A stretch of 32,000 nt of DNA, from NCBI RefSeq assembly GCF_002945325.1, contig NZ_CP026606.1, positions 900,001 to 932,000 of the forward strand, in the 5' to 3' direction. This document shows positions 25,528-32,000 of this stretch, one piece after another. Within the stretch, counting starts at the first letter, position 1. The number at the start of each line of letters is the position of its first letter. The DNA comes from Methanococcus maripaludis (lineage in GTDB: Archaea > AGJL01 > Methanococci > Methanococcales > Methanococcaceae). Made by a program: the position numbers and the translations under genes. The notes below the pieces were generated by a model that was given only the letters and a program-made list of their open reading frames with translations, ran no database searches and was not told where the DNA came from.

Positions 25528-26676
25528 ATGTTGGTTGTTAGAGCAGATTACAAAAAATATCCGATACCAGTTCTTGAAAAAATGAGAATTGACGAGGATG
25601 AATTTTATAAAAAATATGATGCATGTGTTGTAGTTCAAACTTGTAACAGGATTGAAGCTTACTTTGATACTGAAGTAAATTCTGATGTAGATTGTATTTT
25701 GAGCGATTTTTCAGGATTTGACATTTTAAAAGGAAAAAATGCAACTTTTCATTTTTTAAAAGTGTCTTGTGGAATGGACTCGATGATACTTGGGGAAAAC
25801 CAGATTTTGGGCCAGATTAAAACAAGTTTTCAAAAAGCGCGAGAACTTAAAAAAACAAGCCGTTATTTGGACAGCGTTTTTTTAAAAGCAATACACGTTG
25901 GACAGCGTGCAAGAACTGAAACCAAAATTAACGAAGGCAGTGTTTCAATTGGAAGTGCAGCAGTCGAACTTGCGGAAAAAAACTTCGGACTTGCAAACAA
26001 AAATGTATTACTAATCGGTGCAGGAGAAATTGGAACTTTGGTTGCAAAAGCACTCATGGAAAAACATATAAAAGCTGTAATTGTTGCAAATAGAACTTAC
26101 GAACGTGCGGAAACACTCGCAAAAGAATTAAAAGGAATGGCAGTTCATTTTGACAAATTAAAAGAAGCAATTAACTTTAGTGATGTTATAATCTGTGCTA
26201 CATCTTCACCCCACTACATTTTAAAAAAAGAAGATTTAATTGACGTTGGAAACAAGATTATAATTGATATAGCAAACCCTAGAGACGTTGACGATGCGGT
26301 AAGGGAATTTGAAAATATAAATCTATATACTATTGACGATTTAAGAAATATATCTGATAAAAATCTTCAAAAACGAATTGGAGAAGTTCCCACCGTTGAA
26401 AAAATTATTAATGAAGAATACAATGTTCTTATGAAACAGATTGAAAAAATCAATGTTGAAGAAGTTTTAAAAGATTTTAATAATTATATTGAAGAAATTC
26501 GAGTAAAAGAGCTTGAAAAAGCAATTAAACTTTCTAAAACCAAAAATCCCGAAGAAATTATGGAAAACTTCTCTAAAGCGTTTGCAAAAAGAATAACCCA
26601 TGATTTTGTATCCTACTCAATTAATACTTCAAAAGAAGACCTTATGAACTCGGCATGGTGGAAAAATGGAAAATAA
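25528..26676 (+). CDS. hemA: glutamyl-tRNA reductase
   Basis: Contains TCNRIE (active-site Cys), GENQILGQ, and the NADPH site LLIGAGEIG. Start ATG 25528 lies 5 nt after an AGGTGA SD that spans the sirC stop. Confidence 0.95.
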   Translation: MLVVRADYKKYPIPVLEKMRIDEDEFYKKYDACVVVQTCNRIEAYFDTEVNSDVDCILSDFSGFDILKGKNATFHFLKVSCGMDSMILGENQILGQIKTSFQKARELKKTSRYLDSVFLKAIHVGQRARTETKINEGSVSIGSAAVELAEKNFGLANKNVLLIGAGEIGTLVAKALMEKHIKAVIVANRTYERAETLAKELKGMAVHFDKLKEAINFSDVIICATSSPHYILKKEDLIDVGNKIIIDIANPRDVDDAVREFENINLYTIDDLRNISDKNLQKRIGEVPTVEKIINEEYNVLMKQIEKINVEEVLKDFNNYIEEIRVKELEKAIKLSKTKNPEEIMENFSKAFAKRITHDFVSYSINTSKEDLMNSAWWKNGK

Positions 26677-27892
26677 CGTTAATATCGATGAAATCGTTGA
26701 AAAACTACTTAAAAAAGAAATAAAAGTTTACCAGCTTGATTCAGAATTTGGAGAAAGAAATGCAGTTATTGCAAGGCGAAAATACGTTGAAAAACTATCA
26801 AACGTTGAAACAAGGCATATTCAGGAATACACGCTTGACGAAAAACTTGCAATGCAAAAAAACATTGAAAACATGATTGGTGCAGTCCAGATTCCACTCG
26901 GGTTTGCAGGCCCAATTTCAATCAATGGAAAATATGCACAAGGTGAGTTTAACGTGCCTCTCGCAACTACAGAGGGTGCTCTCGTTGCATCAATTAATCG
27001 AGGGTGCAGTATTATTACAAAATGTGGTGGTGCAACAGTACGCGTGATCGACGACAAGATGACGCGTGCGCCAATAATTAAAACGAACTCTGTAGTTGAT
27101 GCTTTAAAATTAAAAGAGTGGATATTAGACAACTTCGCAAAGATAAAAGAAATTGCGGAATCCACAACAAGACATGGTAAGCTAATTCAGATAAGTCCGA
27201 TTTTGATAGTTGGAAAAAACGTGTACCCGAGGTTTACTTTTAAAACAGGGGATGCAATGGGAATGAACATGGTAACAATTGCAACCGAAAAAGCCTGCTC
27301 ATTTATCGAATCAGAACTTAAAAAAGAAGGAATAATTATAGATACGGTTGCATTAAGCGGTAATGTCTGTGTTGATAAAAAACCTGCTGCAATAAACCTG
27401 ATCGAAGGACGGGGAAAAAGTGTTGTTGCAGAAGTATTTTTAAAAGAAGAATACGTTGAAAAATATCTAAAAACCACTTCAAAAGCAATTGAACAGGTAA
27501 ACACTTACAAAAATTTAATTGGTTCAGCAATAAGTTCATCATTAGGGTTTAACGCACAGTACGCAAATATTGTTGGTGCATTATTCTTAGCAACCGGGCA
27601 GGACGAAGCACATATTGTTGAAGGAAGTATGGGAATTACAACTGCAGAATGTACTGGTGATGGCCTTTATTTCTCAGTTACACTTCCAGATTTGCCTGTT
27701 GCAACAATTGGCGGTGGAACAAGAGTTGAAACTCAGAGGGAATGTCTCGAAATACTCGGATGTGCAGGTGCTGAAAAAGCAGTTAAATTTGCAGAAATTG
27801 CAGGTGCCGCTGTTTTAGCAGGTGAATTATCACTTATTGGCGCCCTTGCTGCAGGACATCTTGCAAAAGCGCATTCTGAACTTGGAAGATAA
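26666..27892 (+). CDS. hmgA: 3-hydroxy-3-methylglutaryl-CoA reductase (class I, archaeal)
   Basis: Contains [29 protein letters not shown] and GGGT, typical of HMG-CoA reductase. The start overlaps the hemA 3' end by 11 nt. Confidence 0.95.
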   Translation: MENNVNIDEIVEKLLKKEIKVYQLDSEFGERNAVIARRKYVEKLSNVETRHIQEYTLDEKLAMQKNIENMIGAVQIPLGFAGPISINGKYAQGEFNVPLATTEGALVASINRGCSIITKCGGATVRVIDDKMTRAPIIKTNSVVDALKLKEWILDNFAKIKEIAESTTRHGKLIQISPILIVGKNVYPRFTFKTGDAMGMNMVTIATEKACSFIESELKKEGIIIDTVALSGNVCVDKKPAAINLIEGRGKSVVAEVFLKEEYVEKYLKTTSKAIEQVNTYKNLIGSAISSSLGFNAQYANIVGALFLATGQDEAHIVEGSMGITTAECTGDGLYFSVTLPDLPVATIGGGTRVETQRECLEILGCAGAEKAVKFAEIAGAAVLAGELSLIGALAAGHLAKAHSELGR

Positions 27893-27910
27893 TTTTTCAT
27901 TTCTAAAAAC

Positions 27911-27917
27911 TTTTTTT
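27911..27917 (+). terminator. oligo-T tract (T7) downstream of hmgA
   Basis: TTTTTTT lies 19 nt after the hmgA stop. Oligo-T is the common archaeal terminator signal. Confidence 0.35.
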
Positions 27918-28011
27918 GAATTTTTAAAGAATAAATCATTTCACAAACTAAAAAAACATTTAAATCATTTATTTTATATACCAATTTTAAGATAATATAT
28001 GATAATTACTT

Positions 28012-28476
28012 ATGAAAAGTGGAACTATGGAATCGTTTTTGACAGAAATTCAGATAAATGTGCTAAACCTCAGGAAAAGAGGCCACACTCAAGATGAAAT
28101 TGCCAATATTATGGGGACAAGTAGGGCAAACATCAGCATGATCGAGAAAAGAGCTCGCGAAAACATTGAAAAAGCGCGGAATACATTGAGTATCTATAAC
28201 GATATAATCGCACCTTCTAAGATTAAAATAGATAAGGGAACTGACGTATTTAGTATCCCAAAAATTATTTTTTCAAAGTCCGATCAGGAAGAAATACATG
28301 TAAACTACTCTTCACTTCAAATCATGGAGTTTGTAAACCAGAATGCTCAAAGGTACATCAAAAACAGAATGGTAGTAGAACCATTTGTTGTGACCATACT
28401 TCAAAACGGAGATATATTCGTTCACGATTACGAAGAAAGTGAAGAAAACGAGAAAATGCCTAAAAAAGAGATATAA
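28012..28476 (+). CDS. tfx: Tfx-family DNA-binding protein
   Basis: (M)[53 protein letters not shown] closely parallels Methanothermobacter Tfx (..[38 protein letters not shown]). ATG 28027 (MESFLTE) is an equally plausible start. Confidence 0.7.
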
Positions 28477-29522
28477 TGAAGATCATTCAAGAGATACCTG
28501 AAAAAAACATAATAAAATTAATTCCAGAAAATTTAGATGATTTATGGCATTTGTCACATATAATACAGCCATACAATGCAATTTACGCGGTAACCGAGCG
28601 AAGAACGGAAGATAAAGGTGACAAACTACGTGCCGACAGAGGGACTAAAAGAAGAGTTTTTTTAGGAATAAAAGCTGAAAAAATTAATTTTCACGAAGAT
28701 TTCAACAGGCTTAGAGTCAGTGGAAAAATTATCCATGCACCTGACGACATTCCAATTGGATCATACCATACAATTGATATTGAACCACTTTTACAGGTTT
28801 CAGTTCAAAAAAATTGGAAAAAATGGGATATTGAAAGATTAAAAGAGGCAGAAGACTCTTCTAAAAAGCCAAAAGTAGTAGTCGTTATTATGGATGATAG
28901 CGAAGCTGACATCTTTTTAGTTCGTGAATTTGGAATTAAGGAACTTGCAAGCATTAAATCGGGCGTTTCTAAAAAATTGGATTACAAACAAAATGAACAG
29001 GCTAAATTTAGCTATTATTCGGATATTATCAATTCGATTTCGGAATTTGAAGGAAAAATACTCTTTGCAGGCCCAGGATTTGGAAAAAACAATATTCAAA
29101 ATTACATTTCTGAAAAATATAAAAGTTTGGCTCCAAATGTAGTTGTAGAATCTGCAAACCATACTGGAAAATCAGGGCTTTCTGAAATTTTAAAATCAGG
29201 AATTATTGATAAAATTTACGGCGAAGCAAGAATCAGCAAAGAAACGCAAGTAGTGGAAAAATTACTCGAAGAAATATCTAAAAAAGGTCTTGCGGCGTAT
29301 GGAATTGAAAGTGTTAACAATGCAATGAACTTCTCTGCAATTGATACACTTTTATTAACTGACGAATATTTAAGAAGAAACAGGCGAAGTGTTGAAAATT
29401 TAATGAACAGTGTTGAAAATATTAATGGAAATATAATTATTGTTTCAACGGAACACGATGCAGGAAAACAGTTAAAAGCACTCGGTGGAATTTCAGCATT
29501 ATTAAGGTTTCCAATAGAATAG
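28476..29522 (+). CDS. pelA: Pelota (Dom34) ribosome-rescue / mRNA surveillance factor
   Basis: N-terminus MKIIQE....IKLIPENLDDLWHLSHII, a central eRF1-like domain, and C-terminus GGISALLRFPI. The start overlaps the tfx stop (TAATG). Confidence 0.9.
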   Translation: MKIIQEIPEKNIIKLIPENLDDLWHLSHIIQPYNAIYAVTERRTEDKGDKLRADRGTKRRVFLGIKAEKINFHEDFNRLRVSGKIIHAPDDIPIGSYHTIDIEPLLQVSVQKNWKKWDIERLKEAEDSSKKPKVVVVIMDDSEADIFLVREFGIKELASIKSGVSKKLDYKQNEQAKFSYYSDIINSISEFEGKILFAGPGFGKNNIQNYISEKYKSLAPNVVVESANHTGKSGLSEILKSGIIDKIYGEARISKETQVVEKLLEEISKKGLAAYGIESVNNAMNFSAIDTLLLTDEYLRRNRRSVENLMNSVENINGNIIIVSTEHDAGKQLKALGGISALLRFPIE

Positions 29523-29530
29523 GTGATATT

Positions 29531-30271
29531 TTGAGCGATACTAAATGGGAAATAGGAATTGCAGTGACTTTGGTTGCACTATCAACTGTGTTATACTACA
29601 TTCATTTTTTAATATTCCACGATATTCACCATATTTCAATATATCTCTTAGGAGACATCGCATTTACACCAATAGAAGTTTTACTTGTAACTTTGATTCT
29701 TCACAGGTTGCTTGAACACAGGGATAAAAAACAGACTCTTGAAAAATTAAATATGGTTATTGGTTCATTTTTTTCAGAAGTTGGAGAAGAGCTTTTAACT
29801 TACTTTTCTGATAATGACCCGGATTTAAAAGAAATTCGAAAAAATTTAATAGTAAACAATAACTGGGATGACAGGGAATTTAAAAATGCCCATAAAATTT
29901 TAAAAAATTATAATTACCATGTAAAAATAAATTCAGACAATATTAAAGAATTAAAAGAGTTTTTAAACAGTGAATCACCATTTATACTTAGATTAATGGA
30001 AAATCCGGCACTTTTAGAACATGAAAAATTTACGGGACTCTTAAGAGCAATTTCACACCTTTCTGAAGAACTCATGAAAAGAAAAGATATCGATAATTTA
30101 CCGCAATCAGATATTGACCATATTTCTGGAGACATTGTAAGAGTGTACGAAAGACTCGTATCAGAATGGTTAGACTACATGATGTATTTAAAAAATAACT
30201 ATCCATATTTATTTTCACTTGCAATGCGGTCAAATCCTTTCGATTTAACGTCAGAAATAATTGTAAAATAA
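29531..30271 (+). CDS. hypothetical membrane-anchored protein (two N-terminal TM helices plus a helical soluble domain of about 180 aa)
   Basis: TTG start lies 4 nt after an AGGTGA SD that overlaps the pelota stop. Hydrophobic segments are IGIAVTLVALSTVLYYIHFLIF and ISIYLLGDIAFTPIEVLLVTLILH. I recognise no family. Confidence 0.6.
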   Translation: MSDTKWEIGIAVTLVALSTVLYYIHFLIFHDIHHISIYLLGDIAFTPIEVLLVTLILHRLLEHRDKKQTLEKLNMVIGSFFSEVGEELLTYFSDNDPDLKEIRKNLIVNNNWDDREFKNAHKILKNYNYHVKINSDNIKELKEFLNSESPFILRLMENPALLEHEKFTGLLRAISHLSEELMKRKDIDNLPQSDIDHISGDIVRVYERLVSEWLDYMMYLKNNYPYLFSLAMRSNPFDLTSEIIVK

Positions 30272-30282
30272 ATCTTTTAAAG

Positions 30283-30329
30283 GTACATGGGGTTTATCCC
30301 ATGTACTTAAAGAGTGCCAATTTATTTTT
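30283..30329 (+). terminator. hairpin plus T-rich tract downstream of the 246-aa gene
   Basis: A perfect 9-bp stem GTACATGGG (30283-30291) / CCCATGTAC (30298-30306) with a 6-nt loop starts 12 nt after the stop and is followed by TTTATTTTT (30321-30329). Confidence 0.5.
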
Positions 30330-30425
30330 GAGTAAACTATTTTTACGAGAGTGTCTTTGTGCCAAGTTACGAAGTACGGCAACTATGGACAAATATTTCA
30401 AACACCGTTAACACGATATTTAACA

Positions 30426-30471
30426 GTATATTTCGCTTATCATACGATAAGCAACAAATATACCTTTTTTT
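30426..30471 (+). terminator. long interrupted hairpin followed by T7 (intrinsic-terminator-like; possible 3' end of a small RNA)
   Basis: GTATATTT-C-GCTTATC-ATAC-GATAAGC-AAC-AAATATAC (30426-30463; 8 + 7 bp) is followed by C and TTTTTTT (30465-30471). Confidence 0.45.
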
Positions 30472-30592
30472 AATATATATTGTTTTTGGCAGGACTTTTT
30501 ATGTAAATCGTCTTTTTAACATTTTATAAGGTTAAATTTTAGTTAATCAAATTTATTTCTAAAAAAGTAAGTTTATTAAAAATTAAAAGGAA

Positions 30593-31672
30593 TTAAAATT
30601 CAATATCTTCTCTTTCCATTTTCTTTTTTGAAAGTGATATTACTGGGTTTATTGATGCTTCTCCTTCAACTGAAACGTATCCGTTGATTACAGTTCTATC
30701 GAAGAATCCTTTACCCCATTTGTTTCTTACTAAAACTGTGGAGTATCCTTCAGGAGTTCCAACGTTTCCAACTGAAATATCCGAAGAAATTCCTGTAAAG
30801 TCCCTACAGACTTTGCATCCTTTTCTGACATATTCATCCATTTCATCAATTTTAAAATTGAATACGTTGCCATGTATTGTTGAAACTATGAGTTTTCCCT
30901 TGTCAATTTCCATTTTTTTAATATCCCAAGGGTTTACTTCAACTTCTTTTAGCTTTTTGAGCATTTTATCATAGTCAAAGGTTTCAAAACAGAACAGTGA
31001 TATTTTTAACCTTATTGCCTTTTTGAAAGGTTCAACTAAATCGTTGTTTGTTGCCATCATCTGGTAAACTGCATTAATAACACAAGGTGTTCCAACAACT
31101 GCAATTTTGTTTAATTTTTTTACCATTACAGCTTCTTTTAAAACTTCGAGTATTGGGACGTTCCAGTTGTATCTACTTCCAGCAGTTTTTAAAACGTCTT
31201 CTTTCGATGTTGCAAGGTATGATTTTGGATCCATTGTCCATTTATCTTCCATCATAACAATTGCGCCGTCAATTAAGTCTTCATCGAAGGCATTTGCTAA
31301 AATTGCGGTTACAACACCACCACTTTGAATATTTTTAGTTTCGAGTGTTGATTTTGCTTTATAATTTTCAATAACTCTTCCTGGAACTTTTTCTAAATTA
31401 AAGATGTGTCTTTCTTTTGTTCTTGGACATGCATTGTAACATGCACCGCAATTTACATCGTAGAGAGTTACTTTACAGAATTCCGCTGAAATTGGAGACT
31501 CCCCATTTTCAGTTGGCACAATAATACATGCGCATTCGTCACAGTCAAACTGCACGGGACTTTGCTGTTTAAAGTATATATTTTCAGTAGGACATACAGA
31601 AACGCACGCTCCGCAACCAGAGCATGTTTCTCTATCCCATACTTCTTCTTTTAAGTTCAAGTATGACTTCAT
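30593..31672 (-). CDS. FrhB/FdhB/FpoF-family protein (coenzyme F420-binding beta-subunit-like) with N-terminal Fe-S domain
   Basis: N-terminal CSGCGACVSVCP and CGACYNACP cluster motifs are followed by an FrhB-like region (GGVVTAIL...GTPCVINA...). The listed start is a GTG inside the SD GGTGG, so I use ATG 31672 (MKSYLNL...). Confidence 0.8.
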   Translation of the reverse strand: MKSYLNLKEEVWDRETCSGCGACVSVCPTENIYFKQQSPVQFDCDECACIIVPTENGESPISAEFCKVTLYDVNCGACYNACPRTKERHIFNLEKVPGRVIENYKAKSTLETKNIQSGGVVTAILANAFDEDLIDGAIVMMEDKWTMDPKSYLATSKEDVLKTAGSRYNWNVPILEVLKEAVMVKKLNKIAVVGTPCVINAVYQMMATNNDLVEPFKKAIRLKISLFCFETFDYDKMLKKLKEVEVNPWDIKKMEIDKGKLIVSTIHGNVFNFKIDEMDEYVRKGCKVCRDFTGISSDISVGNVGTPEGYSTVLVRNKWGKGFFDRTVINGYVSVEGEASINPVISLSKKKMEREDIEF

Positions 31673-31704
31673 AATTTCCACCTAAATCTCTTAAAGTATT
31701 TTAA

Positions 31705-32000
31705 TTATCTCAAATCAGGTGTGTACAGTTTCTGGAATGGCCTGCTTGAAATTGGAGCGATTTTTGTATATTTTGAATTGATAAGTTTTTCTTTGATTTC
31801 GTTAGAATAACCAAATTCTGCACAGAATTCTTCGATGTATGGAGTAATTTTTTCAATGTCTTCTTCAGTAAAGTCCTTGATGTCTGCTGCAATTCCAAGT
31901 TGGGAACTTTCGACAATTCCCCTGATGTAAATTACACCGCCGTGAATTCCTGTTGCAATCATTCTTCCTTCGATATTTTCAGTATCTTCTTTATCCATGT
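31705..32000 (-). CDS. GXGXG-motif domain protein (glutamate synthase alpha-subunit C-terminal domain / FwdC-like), C-terminal part; 5' end probably outside the window
   Basis: GRMIATGIHGGVIYIRG matches the repeated G-x-G-x-G beta-helix motif of GltB domain 3. GXGXG proteins are about 250 aa, so the ATG at 31998 is probably internal. Confidence 0.65.
   Translation of the reverse strand, partial: MDKEDTENIEGRMIATGIHGGVIYIRGIVESSQLGIAADIKDFTEEDIEKITPYIEEFCAEFGYSNEIKEKLINSKYTKIAPISSRPFQKLYTPDLR

Noticed and set aside
30383-30409. Mini-ORF ATGGACAAATATTTCAAACACCGTTAA (8 codons) in the long convergent intergenic region.
   Set aside because: It is too short, has no SD motif, and lies inside the predicted structured region. 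A non-coding RNA is the more economical explanation.

Overview
This is an AT-rich (about 30-33% GC) chromosomal segment typical of a Methanococcus-type methanogen (M. vannielii / M. maripaludis lineage). Genes are densely packed, Shine-Dalgarno motifs (GGTG/GGAGG) are strong, and TTTATATA-type archaeal TATA boxes sit about 23-25 nt upstream of likely transcription starts.

Most content is core housekeeping:
- F420, arginine and PLP biosynthesis: cofC (truncated by the window edge), argC, pdxS.
- Protein repair and nucleic-acid functions: pcm, an EndoQ-like PHP nuclease, Pus10, the L21e-RpoF-DUF655 block, and a Tfx-like regulator coupled to Pelota.
- Tetrapyrrole and isoprenoid genes: a sirC-hemA-hmgA run.
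- Transport: a binding-protein-dependent ABC importer, an MFS transporter, and a CBS-protein/cation-proton antiporter pair.
- Redox: ferredoxins, and an FrhB-like protein next to a GXGXG glutamate-synthase domain gene (truncated by the window edge).
- Stable RNA: a minus-strand operon with seven tRNAs (Thr, Pro, Tyr, Lys, Asp, Lys, Asp) and an orphan 5S rRNA.

I see no CRISPR array, IS or transposon, integrase, or recognisable defence island.

The stretches I consider most worth follow-up are:
1. A translationally coupled four-gene enzyme cluster of unassigned function at 2282-5617.
2. An ECF-transporter remnant or variant (short EcfT-like protein plus two paralogous S-component-like proteins, no EcfA ATPase) at 9422-11179.
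3. A 320-bp convergent intergenic region (30272-30592) with two strong hairpins that looks like a small structured RNA.
4. Several operator-like palindromes in promoter regions.

Five genes appear to use TTG starts with well-placed SD motifs (2972, 9281, 11179, 23835, 29531). Several six-frame ORFs are over-extended at the 5' end, and I trimmed those to the SD-supported ATG. All functional calls rest on my recognition of family motifs in the translations. No database search was run.
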